Source: a virus
DNA length: 64,000 nt
Direction: 5' to 3' (one strand)
IMG/VR virus record: IMGVR_UViG_3300048011_000525
Location: 32,001-96,000 of that record
A model generated the notes under the pieces. The model had not been told where the DNA came from. It worked only from the letters and a program-made list of their open reading frames with translations, and did not search any database. Below, in pieces: positions 38,040 through 46,537 of the stretch (position 1 is the stretch's first letter; each line of letters opens with the position of its first letter). The position numbers and the translations under genes are program-made.

Positions 38040-39856
38040 GTATTTTCAACTTTCAATATCTTTTTGTGCTCTGGCAAATATACATACTCAATGTCGCTAT
38101 TTGCAAGAGTGCGCAATGCATCGTCTAGTGTTTCAACTAATGGCTCACCGCCTAAGTTAAAACTAGTATTAAAAATAATCGGAACGCCTGTCTGATTATA
38201 GAACTCGTTAATTACTGCATAATAATTTTCATTTTGTTCTTCTTTAACTGTCTGAATACGACAAGTACCGTCTACATGGATAATACTAGGAATCTTTTCA
38301 GCAACACCTTCTTGACAATTCATAGCATACATCATGTGTGGGGATTCTTCTAATCCTCGCATATCAAACCATTCGTGTGCGTGTTCTGCGAGAATTGATC
38401 CTGCAAACGGACGGAAGTATTCTCTACGTTTTACCTGGTTAACAAAGTCTTTTCCGTCTTCCATTGTTGGGTCAAACATCAAACTTCTGTTACCTAATGC
38501 TCTAGGACCTGCTTCCGATCTTCCTTGAAACATTGCAACAATGTTTCGGTCTCGAATTAATGATACAACATCTTTATGATCTGCTTCACTAATAGTTGCA
38601 TTATACTTTTTAGCAACTTCATTAATATCGTCAGTTGTATATTCTTTTGGCGGACCTAAATATAAACTTTCTCCAAATGGTTTAGTTTCGCTATCTCTTG
38701 ACGATTGATGCCAGGCGAGCATTGCTGCTCCAAGTGCTGTGCCTGCATCGGAACTAATAGGTTCTACATATAAATTAATTCCATACTTATTAAGCTCGTC
38801 GAGATAATGATAGTTTGCTACACAGTTAAGCCCGTATCCGCCTGACAAAACAATATTCTTTTTGCCAGTCATTTCGTGTGCTTTTAAAATTAATTTTAAA
38901 ATTTGCGCTTGACTTTCTTGCTGCAACGCATATGCTAAGTCTCTTCTGTTTTCTAATTTAGTTACATCATTGAGAGATCCGTCTTCATTATGGTATTCAG
39001 CAGGGGTATACAAATACTCATAAAACCCTTCGTTAATTATAGAACTGTTTGGATATGTAGGTATTACTAAATGCCTATTGGCTACAGTCCAATCGCCGCC
39101 TGCTTCAACATACAATGGTGGAATTTTATCATTAGGTTTACCGTATGGTGAAAGTCCCATTGTTTTACCAGCTTCAATTGCCTGAAAGCCGCAATAGTTA
39201 GTTACTGCTTCGTACACTTTGGTTATGCCTGCTCCGTCGTCAATAACACACTCGTGTGTACCGTATTCGTCAAATCTATCACTAGGCATGTCTTTAGTAT
39301 ATGACGATCTAAATGGACCGTTACCTCCAAGATGTTTCCACAATGTTTTTATATCAAATGGATAGTCACAATCAAATATTGTTTCTAGTTCAAATAACAT
39401 TTCTGTTTTTCCTGGTTCTATTTCAGCAGGAATAAATGTGCCGGCTCCGTCTACAATAACTGCGGCTGCTGAATCAAATCCCGAACGATAAAACGCACAC
39501 GCTGCATGTAGTTTGTGATGTACATGTGCTAAGTCAACTACCTGAGGGTGATTATAAATATCAATTTTAGGGCTATTATCAATTAATCCAAGTTTCCGTG
39601 CAAGGCCAGTATACACATCGTCGCCAGTAAAGTCAACACGTCCGGCTGTTTCAGCAAGTGGTTGCGTATGTGCAATAACAAGATAATCTAATTTATCAGT
39701 GTATTCTAAAATCTTAACCATTCCTGCAAAAGGGCCACCGTCGTATTTTTGACGACTTAGTCTTTCTTCTTCAACTGAAAATACAATTTCGCCGTCCTTA
39801 AGAAGACATACTGCACCGTTATGTCCTCGTGTTATTGCTGCTATCCATTTAGCCAT
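38036..39856 (-). CDS. O-carbamoyltransferase (NodU/CmcH/TobZ family)
   Basis: GHNGA, EEERLSRQK, HHKLHA, IVDGAG, GKTMGLSPYG, SGGYGLNCVAN, EAGPRALGNRS, FRPFA, NTSFN. Confidence 0.93.
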   Translation of the reverse strand: MAKWIAAITRGHNGAVCLLKDGEIVFSVEEERLSRQKYDGGPFAGMVKILEYTDKLDYLVIAHTQPLAETAGRVDFTGDDVYTGLARKLGLIDNSPKIDIYNHPQVVDLAHVHHKLHAACAFYRSGFDSAAAVIVDGAGTFIPAEIEPGKTEMLFELETIFDCDYPFDIKTLWKHLGGNGPFRSSYTKDMPSDRFDEYGTHECVIDDGAGITKVYEAVTNYCGFQAIEAGKTMGLSPYGKPNDKIPPLYVEAGGDWTVANRHLVIPTYPNSSIINEGFYEYLYTPAEYHNEDGSLNDVTKLENRRDLAYALQQESQAQILKLILKAHEMTGKKNIVLSGGYGLNCVANYHYLDELNKYGINLYVEPISSDAGTALGAAMLAWHQSSRDSETKPFGESLYLGPPKEYTTDDINEVAKKYNATISEADHKDVVSLIRDRNIVAMFQGRSEAGPRALGNRSLMFDPTMEDGKDFVNQVKRREYFRPFAGSILAEHAHEWFDMRGLEESPHMMYAMNCQEGVAEKIPSIIHVDGTCRIQTVKEEQNENYYAVINEFYNQTGVPIIFNTSFNLGGEPLVETLDDALRTLANSDIEYVYLPEHKKILKVENT

Positions 39857-39857
39857 A

Positions 39858-40901
39858 TTATTTTTCTCCGATGCGTTTAATAGTAGTGTTTCCAGGAATA
39901 AGTTTAGGCTTATTTGATTTTTTAGCTTCTAAGGCTGGAGACTTTAATGGTTGAGGTTTATTTGTAGGTCCAAGACGTGTTCTTACACTTTTTAAAATAC
40001 TATCAATTTGTTTTTGATCAAGTTCCATAACTTCGTCATTTAATCGATCTTGTTCTTCTTCCATCGTAATTCTAATCGGTGAATAGACACGTTTCCCTTC
40101 GCCTACATCAATTATATCAAAGTTTGTATCATCTACATAAGAAATATTAACAGGATAAGTTGATCCAGTCACGATAGTAGCTGTCTTTCCTAGTGCTTTT
40201 ACAATATGTTGACCTACACTATCACAACCTAAAAAGTGATCTGCTACGTCAATAATTCCGGCCCAAACACGCATATCTGGAATTTCTGGCTGTGCAACTG
40301 GAAACTTTGTATTAGGATTGTCATCTACTACTACAGGATGTTCACTCATAATAATGACACCGTATTCTTTTTTAAGTTCATTAATGATATCAATGATATT
40401 ATTTAATTGGAAACTTCTTGAGGTTGTGTCTACTAAAAACTCTCCAATACTTTCTACAGTCCTTCCAAAAGGCTGTACTACCAAAACTTTGTCAAATCCA
40501 GTTACTGTTTTAACTTCTTCAACAACATTAGCCGCACTTACAATTTCTTGTTTATTTAAAGCTAAAGTTGGCTTATCTAAAGATCTTACGCCTTTATTGT
40601 TGATTTCAATATCAAACGCTTGTGACAAGCTACACTGTTGATTGTAGTATTCCCAAATTCTATAAGGTTCTGGACTTATGCAGTTTCGATCTTTAATTTT
40701 TTCTTCAAACAAACCTTTATGCCAATTATCGTATGCTCGCTTAGATAGTGTCGGATGGCCTTTAAAAAAGTCAGTTCCTCCTTCACATACAATAATAAAA
40801 TCGTTATTTGGATTTTCCTTTTCAAATAATTCAAATGCAGGAATACTGGCAATTACTCTCCCTGCTCCGCCGTTAATAAAAAATGCTGTTGATCTTGACA
40901 A
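39858..40901 (-). CDS. GT9-like (heptosyltransferase-type) GT-B glycosyltransferase; TTG start
   Basis: INGGAGRVIASIPA near the N-terminus, VVQPFG, FLGCDSVGQHIVKALG; AGGAG SD. Confidence 0.65.
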   Translation of the reverse strand: MSRSTAFFINGGAGRVIASIPAFELFEKENPNNDFIIVCEGGTDFFKGHPTLSKRAYDNWHKGLFEEKIKDRNCISPEPYRIWEYYNQQCSLSQAFDIEINNKGVRSLDKPTLALNKQEIVSAANVVEEVKTVTGFDKVLVVQPFGRTVESIGEFLVDTTSRSFQLNNIIDIINELKKEYGVIIMSEHPVVVDDNPNTKFPVAQPEIPDMRVWAGIIDVADHFLGCDSVGQHIVKALGKTATIVTGSTYPVNISYVDDTNFDIIDVGEGKRVYSPIRITMEEEQDRLNDEVMELDQKQIDSILKSVRTRLGPTNKPQPLKSPALEAKKSNKPKLIPGNTTIKRIGEK

Positions 40902-40923
40902 AATGTTACTCCTATATAGTATT

Positions 40924-40960
40924 ATTATAGCACCATATTACATCGATTGCAAGATATTTA
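40924..40960 (-). promoter_or_regulatory. Tandem late (TAAATA) and sigma70 (TTGCAA-17-TATAAT, extended -10) promoters
   Basis: TAAATA at 40955-40960; -35 at 40947-40952; -10 at 40924-40929. Confidence 0.75.
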
Positions 40961-40973
40961 TTGAGGTACAGAC

Positions 40974-41001
40974 AAAAAATGCGCCATTGTGGCGCATTTT
41001 T
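40974..41001. terminator. Strong rho-independent terminator
   Basis: aaaaatgcgcca ttg tggcgcattttt perfect inverted repeat. Confidence 0.85.
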
Positions 41002-41024
41002 CATTTGACATTTTAGTTGAGTAA

Positions 41025-41738
41025 TTACATTACAATTATATCACCAGTTAGCGGATCTTCTTCACTTGCAGGATCAATTGGTTCCATATTATAAGCAATC
41101 CAAGCTGGTATACCTGCGTCTTGCATTGTAGCGGGCCAATCTCTTAAACGCTGTCTATAATCTAACCATTTAGCTTTTAGGTCAGTAGGCATATCGTCAA
41201 CTACTTCGCTATCACTGTTGGATAGTAACTGCATTCGTTTAGCTCGTACATCATCCCAATCCGGAAGTCTGTCTCCTGACCCCATAACTGCCCAAGGTAT
41301 TGTCCTTGCTTGTACTGTTATGTTGTCATCTTCGTCTACATGTATTGAGTCGGGTTCGTATACGTCAAGTGGACGTAACGGTGTTTGATACGTAAATGTA
41401 TTGTGTCCTTCCATATCCATGCCGCCCGGAGGATGCGTGAAGCTAGTATAATCTTCGTCCATCTCGTCTAATATAGGACCTTTCAGTTCGCATATTAACG
41501 GATTAGATATACAATCTACTTCTACATATCTACAACCTTTCGGAACTGGTCTGCCATCTGCCTTTTCAAGCTCTGTTACAGGTCCTAAATGTTCTTTACC
41601 TGTATCGTTTTCGATAATCAAGTATAACTTATCCGGACCGTCGTATACGCAAGTTCTTGTATGACCATCAGTAAAACTGTGATCAACCATATATTCGTTA
41701 GGTAATTTCATTGTCCATTCAAATTCTACCATTGCCAT
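41025..41738 (-). CDS. Tail fibre assembly chaperone-like protein
   Basis: C-terminal WDDVRAKRMQLLSNSD...WLDYRQRLRDWP; exact TATAAATA at 41760-41767. Confidence 0.75.
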   Translation of the reverse strand: MAMVEFEWTMKLPNEYMVDHSFTDGHTRTCVYDGPDKLYLIIENDTGKEHLGPVTELEKADGRPVPKGCRYVEVDCISNPLICELKGPILDEMDEDYTSFTHPPGGMDMEGHNTFTYQTPLRPLDVYEPDSIHVDEDDNITVQARTIPWAVMGSGDRLPDWDDVRAKRMQLLSNSDSEVVDDMPTDLKAKWLDYRQRLRDWPATMQDAGIPAWIAYNMEPIDPASEEDPLTGDIIVM

Positions 41739-41771
41739 AATCTAATATCTCCTTCTGAGTATTTATATTTT

Positions 41772-42584
41772 TTAAAAAAATGTTACTTTAACAACGCCAC
41801 CGCCGCCGGTGCCACCTTGCCCGCAACAACGTCCACAATAGTTCGATGTTGCACTTTGTCCTCCTGCGCCGTAAGGAACAATCCAACAGCCGCATCTAAT
41901 CCAACAATAGTTGGAGTTTTGTTCGTACCAGTTGTCACTTAAATTTGGTGCACCTGTTGAGTGGCCGTTGTGTTTCCAACAGTGACATGCGTTACCTGGA
42001 TAAAAGTATCCAGACTGTGCTTGGAAGTTACCACCGTGTGTATAACTTGCCCAATCACCGCTTGCGCTTGTTCCTACGCAGCCTGGACGCACACAGTAAG
42101 GCATAGATGAATAACACATGTCTGTCCACGAGCTATTAGTACACCCTCTTTGTCCGCCACATGCACAAAGGTTACTTAAATTATATCCATTAACATAAGT
42201 AGTACACCCGTTACAGCCATTACACTCACGACTTAGGCATCTGTATACACCAGCTGCACATACACTGTATGTACATCCTGAATTAGTAGTTACACTTTTT
42301 GAAGTATATGCACCGCCGCCTGCTGGGCCAGTATGTTGGCATCGTTGACAACTACATGCACCTGCACCATTGCCACCTGCGCCCCATAGTTCCCAATTTA
42401 AACGTCTAGTACAGCTAGGTACAGTCCAGTTACAACAACAACCTGAACTACATCTACAACTAATTCCGTAAAACCATTTAACACAAAAGTTGTCTCTTAC
42501 ACCGCCTGTCAAATTATTATAATCAACAACACTATCAGTTAACTGATCTGAGCGCACTTTTTTGTAATCTGTATAATTTGCCAT
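41772..42584 (-). CDS. Cys/Gly-rich fibre-tip-like protein, paralogue 3 (30 Cys)
   Basis: WTVP...ELWGAGG.G...GGGAY...GQGGTGGGGVVKVT glycine-rich scaffold. Confidence 0.75.
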   Translation of the reverse strand: MANYTDYKKVRSDQLTDSVVDYNNLTGGVRDNFCVKWFYGISCRCSSGCCCNWTVPSCTRRLNWELWGAGGNGAGACSCQRCQHTGPAGGGAYTSKSVTTNSGCTYSVCAAGVYRCLSRECNGCNGCTTYVNGYNLSNLCACGGQRGCTNSSWTDMCYSSMPYCVRPGCVGTSASGDWASYTHGGNFQAQSGYFYPGNACHCWKHNGHSTGAPNLSDNWYEQNSNYCWIRCGCWIVPYGAGGQSATSNYCGRCCGQGGTGGGGVVKVTFF

Positions 42585-42593
42585 CTTTAATCC

Positions 42594-43376
42594 TTAAATA
42601 TATGTCACTCGTACAAGTCCGCCGCCGCCAGTGCCGCTTTGTCCGCAACAATTATTACCACAGAATGTGTTCATTGCACTTTGTCCACCACTGCCATATG
42701 GCACACTCCAGCATCCGCATTTAATCCAACACTGTCTAAGTCCTTGTGTTGATCCGCCAGCTATTCTAAATCCCTGACCTTGATGTATTTCTTGTGGGTG
42801 ACAGTGACAGTATCCTGAAGCAGTGGAGAAACCTTGTGTTGTTCCTCCGATAGCAAAGTCACTACCTGTTGTAGTTGGCGCAAGGCAATAATAGTTTGTG
42901 CCAAAACAACCTGTTGACCAAGATGTATTTGCTTCTGCTCTATGGCCTCCACAAGCACAAAAATCACTTAGGTTGTATCCGTTTACATAACTAGAGCATC
43001 CATAACACCCTACACATTCACGATTTAAACATCTGTATACTCCAGCTGCACATACAGTGTATGTACACCCGGGATTAGTTGCAACCGTCTTTTGTGCAAA
43101 GGCGCCGCCTGATGCAGCTCTAAAATGGTGACATCTCTGATTACTACATGCACCACTTCCGTTGCCTCCTGCTCCCCACAATTCCCAAGTAAGTCTTTTT
43201 ACTTGGCTAGGTACAGTCCAGTTACAACAACAACCTGCACTACATCTACACGGAACACCATAAAACCACTTAACACCAAAGTTGTTTAGTGTATTTGGAT
43301 TAATCATATTATCATCTAACCCACCGTCGGGTAATTGCGATCCGTTTACTTTTTTATAACTTGAATACGTTGCCAT
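42594..43376 (-). CDS. Cys/Gly-rich fibre-tip-like protein, paralogue 2 (25 Cys)
   Basis: Same scaffold as its neighbours. Confidence 0.75.
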   Translation of the reverse strand: MATYSSYKKVNGSQLPDGGLDDNMINPNTLNNFGVKWFYGVPCRCSAGCCCNWTVPSQVKRLTWELWGAGGNGSGACSNQRCHHFRAASGGAFAQKTVATNPGCTYTVCAAGVYRCLNRECVGCYGCSSYVNGYNLSDFCACGGHRAEANTSWSTGCFGTNYYCLAPTTTGSDFAIGGTTQGFSTASGYCHCHPQEIHQGQGFRIAGGSTQGLRQCWIKCGCWSVPYGSGGQSAMNTFCGNNCCGQSGTGGGGLVRVTYI

Positions 43377-43386
43377 TTAATGTTCC

Positions 43387-44163
43387 CTATGCAAAAGTTA
43401 TCTTTACTACGCCTGGGCCACCAGTGCCGCCTTGTCCACAACAACGTCCGCAATATGATGTCATTGCGCCCTGACCGCCATGACCTGGAGGTGCAATCCA
43501 ACAACCGCAACGTATCCAACAAACGTTGTTGGCCATAGCTACGTTGCCGCCTAAGAAAGGAGCTGCTGTTGGTCTAACATATTGATGGTGACAGTGACAG
43601 TTAAAAATTCCACTAAAGTGGCCAGCGTGGCTGCTCATTCCGAAATCTCCGTTGTTAGCAGTTGGGCCTAAACAACAAGACCAACAACTAAAACAATATT
43701 GTGTCCAGTCAGTATTGGCTCTGCCGCATCCGCCTCCAACTGCGCAGAAATCTGAAAGATTATATCCGTTTACATATGTCGAACATCCTGTGCATCCGAT
43801 ACACTCGCGACTTAGGCATCTGTATACACCAGCTGCACACATTGTGTATGTACAGCCAGGGTTAGTTGAAATCATTTTAGAATTATATGCACCGCCGCCT
43901 GCGCCTTGATAGTGATGACATCTGTTACATGAACATGCACCACTTCCGTTGCCTCCTGCTCCCCATAGTTCAAAAAACACTCGTCTAGTACATCCAGGTA
44001 CAGTCCAGTTACAACAACATCCTGCACTACATCTACAAGCATTGCCAATTAGCCATTTAGTACATAAACGGTGTCGAGTATCAGTACCGAATTTATTTTC
44101 AGTAACTGTTCCATCGATAATTTGCGGATTGTAAATTTTCTTATAACTTGAATATGTTGCCAT
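43387..44163 (-). CDS. Cys/Gly-rich fibre-tip-like protein, paralogue 1 (30 Cys)
   Basis: Same scaffold; GAGGA SD. Confidence 0.75.
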   Translation of the reverse strand: MATYSSYKKIYNPQIIDGTVTENKFGTDTRHRLCTKWLIGNACRCSAGCCCNWTVPGCTRRVFFELWGAGGNGSGACSCNRCHHYQGAGGGAYNSKMISTNPGCTYTMCAAGVYRCLSRECIGCTGCSTYVNGYNLSDFCAVGGGCGRANTDWTQYCFSCWSCCLGPTANNGDFGMSSHAGHFSGIFNCHCHHQYVRPTAAPFLGGNVAMANNVCWIRCGCWIAPPGHGGQGAMTSYCGRCCGQGGTGGPGVVKITFA

Positions 44164-44181
44164 CTATTTCGTTATCCTCTA

Positions 44182-46182
44182 TTAGATTGAGAAGATTCTC
44201 CATCCATAACTATCACTGTGCCATACAAGCTCAAATGCTGCGCCTTCGGTGTTAACGGTTAAGTTTGAAGTATCACCTTGGATTCTTTTACTATTTCTTG
44301 CAACTGTTAGTGCATTTGAATCAAATGTTTTTCTTAAATCAAAGAATCTAATAGTGTCGCCTTTAATTAATCCTGAATTTGGTAATGTAATTGTTCTTGC
44401 TCCGCCGTTTGTATCAACAAAGTAACAGTTCCATACACTAGCTGTAATATTTGAACTTACATCACTGTACAAGAATCCTGGACCTAATGAACGCCAAGTT
44501 GCACCATCACTAAATTCAATACAGTCAATACTATTATTGTAGCGAATATAACCGTCAACACCTGTTGGACGTTGTGCAGTTGTACCACGTGCAATACGTG
44601 TGGCACCTGTTGAGTTGTGGTTAAATCCGTTGTCAACAGTTAAGCTACCATTAACATCAACACTATCACTTGTAGCGTTACCTAGTGTAACGTTGCCATT
44701 TACAGTTAATGTACCACTAACACTTGCATTACTTGTTGCGGTTAATCCTGTAAATCTACCAGTGCTTGCAGTAGTAGCACCGATTGACATGTTGTTAATT
44801 GAGCCGCCGCCTGCTGGTGACAATGTAACTGTACCTGATCCTGTTGGACTTAGTGTTACGTTAGCACCCGGGCTAAGTGTGACTGTTGAGTTTGCTGTTA
44901 GTGTTGTAAATGCACCTGTGCTTCTTGATATGTTACCAATTGCGCCTTGGAAACCACCGCCTGCATAAACACGTTTAGCAATACTTGCGCCGCCTTCAAC
45001 ACGAAGTGTACCTGTATCACCAGTTGCGTCTGTTGCTTCAGTTGTAGCAGTAAAGTCTACAGTTGAGTTTGATGTAAGTGTTGTAAATGCACCTGATGAA
45101 CGTGTTGAACTACCAATTGGAGTATTTTGTATTCCAGCTGCATGTAATGCGCCTGCAATACCAACGCCGCCGCTTACTACTAGTGTACCAGTAGTGGTGT
45201 TAGTTGATGCTACGTTTTTAGTAAGTGTTACATCACCATCTGATGTTAAATTAGTAAATGCACCAGTGCTTGCAGTGCCGCCGCCAATTGGGCCGTTAAT
45301 TCCGCCTGCATAAATGTCGCCACTAATACCAGCACCGCCAGTTACAATAATTGTACCGCTTGTAGTACTAGTTGATGCTGCATTGGCTGTAAATGTAGCC
45401 GAGCCACCTGCTGTTAAACTTGTAAATGCACCTGTACTTGGATTACTACTACCAATTGACATATTAGTAATTGTACCAAGTGTACTAGATGCAATTGTTA
45501 ATTGTCCGCCTGCGTCAATAGTAGTATCGCCACCTGGATTAATAGTAACACTACCTGTTCCAGTTGGTGACATATTAATTGTTTGATTATTTGCTGTAAA
45601 CTCTAGATTACCAGGGAATGCTGTAGGTTTTCCTGCTTCACCTAATGTAATTGTTCCTGATGCTGATGCTAGTGTTAGATCTCCTACTGGACGAAGAGTT
45701 GCCTGTGCCCCTGGCTGAATAGATACGGAAGATTGAGGGCTAATGTCAACTAAGCCTGTTCCAGTAGGTTTAATTTCTACATTGTTGTCTAGCGGATTAA
45801 GTTCTACTTTTGCATCGGCATTTAGTACATCGTTAAATGTAACAGGAAGTTCAAATATTGTAGTACCTGCTAATGCACTTGTTAGTACATAGTTTGTGCC
45901 GTCTGATGTTAGCTGATACGTTGAGTTAGTTGGAATATCAATTGAAGTTCCAAGTGTAACGCCGTTACCAGTAATTTGTCCTGCTGCTGTTTCAATAGTA
46001 ATCATATCCGCAGTAGCATTATAAAATGTTTGTCTACTACCTGGGAAAAACACCGGACTTACCATTGTTACAGTATAACCTGGTGTGCCAGTTAAACTAA
46101 TAATTCCGCCTGTAAACGCATAGGTGAATTCTGTTTCGCCTGTCACTTCCAGTGTTTGTGGTGCTGTATTATAACGTGCCAT
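44182..46182 (-). CDS. Tail fibre protein with Ser/Thr/Gly-rich repeats
   Basis: Five IG....S(T/S)G(A/R)FT.LT repeats; GTTAQRP..GYIRYN; C-terminal FVDTNGGARTITLP..GDTIRFFD..GWR module. Confidence 0.75.
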   Translation of the reverse strand: MARYNTAPQTLEVTGETEFTYAFTGGIISLTGTPGYTVTMVSPVFFPGSRQTFYNATADMITIETAAGQITGNGVTLGTSIDIPTNSTYQLTSDGTNYVLTSALAGTTIFELPVTFNDVLNADAKVELNPLDNNVEIKPTGTGLVDISPQSSVSIQPGAQATLRPVGDLTLASASGTITLGEAGKPTAFPGNLEFTANNQTINMSPTGTGSVTINPGGDTTIDAGGQLTIASSTLGTITNMSIGSSNPSTGAFTSLTAGGSATFTANAASTSTTSGTIIVTGGAGISGDIYAGGINGPIGGGTASTGAFTNLTSDGDVTLTKNVASTNTTTGTLVVSGGVGIAGALHAAGIQNTPIGSSTRSSGAFTTLTSNSTVDFTATTEATDATGDTGTLRVEGGASIAKRVYAGGGFQGAIGNISRSTGAFTTLTANSTVTLSPGANVTLSPTGSGTVTLSPAGGGSINNMSIGATTASTGRFTGLTATSNASVSGTLTVNGNVTLGNATSDSVDVNGSLTVDNGFNHNSTGATRIARGTTAQRPTGVDGYIRYNNSIDCIEFSDGATWRSLGPGFLYSDVSSNITASVWNCYFVDTNGGARTITLPNSGLIKGDTIRFFDLRKTFDSNALTVARNSKRIQGDTSNLTVNTEGAAFELVWHSDSYGWRIFSI

Positions 46183-46202
46183 TCTTTGTTTCCTCTATCA
46201 AG

Positions 46203-46523
46203 TTACGTAGTTGATGTTTCAATGCCGTACACAGTTACACCAACGTTGGCTTGATTTGCTCTTGCTACTATATTTAGTCCGCCTTGCATTACAAGTCCTG
46301 TGCGCTCAAAGACTCCGTTTGGAATAATTACAGTTTCATATTCTATAAATTCCTGCGGGTCTGGTGTAGACGTTGTTGCCATCGCCAGTCTCAATGTAAT
46401 TGAGGTTTGATTTCTATTTGTTACAGACACATTTGCGACTGCATACGTGCCTACGGGAACAGTGTACACAGTAGTATCTGTGTCTGCTGTTAAATCCGTT
46501 ACTCCTAATCTTCCTGTTGCCAT
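46203..46523 (-). CDS. Small beta-rich virion-associated protein
   Basis: 106 aa, TVYTVP motif, GGAG SD, located between fibre genes. Confidence 0.6.
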   Translation of the reverse strand: MATGRLGVTDLTADTDTTVYTVPVGTYAVANVSVTNRNQTSITLRLAMATTSTPDPQEFIEYETVIIPNGVFERTGLVMQGGLNIVARANQANVGVTVYGIETSTT

Positions 46524-46537
46524 TTTATTTTTCTCCG

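Noticed and set aside
41772-44163. Possible diversity-generating retroelement or RiPP precursors
   Set aside because: No reverse transcriptase and no adenine-specific template/variable repeat pair; the proteins are about 260 aa with a folded glycine-rich scaffold, not short leader-core peptides.
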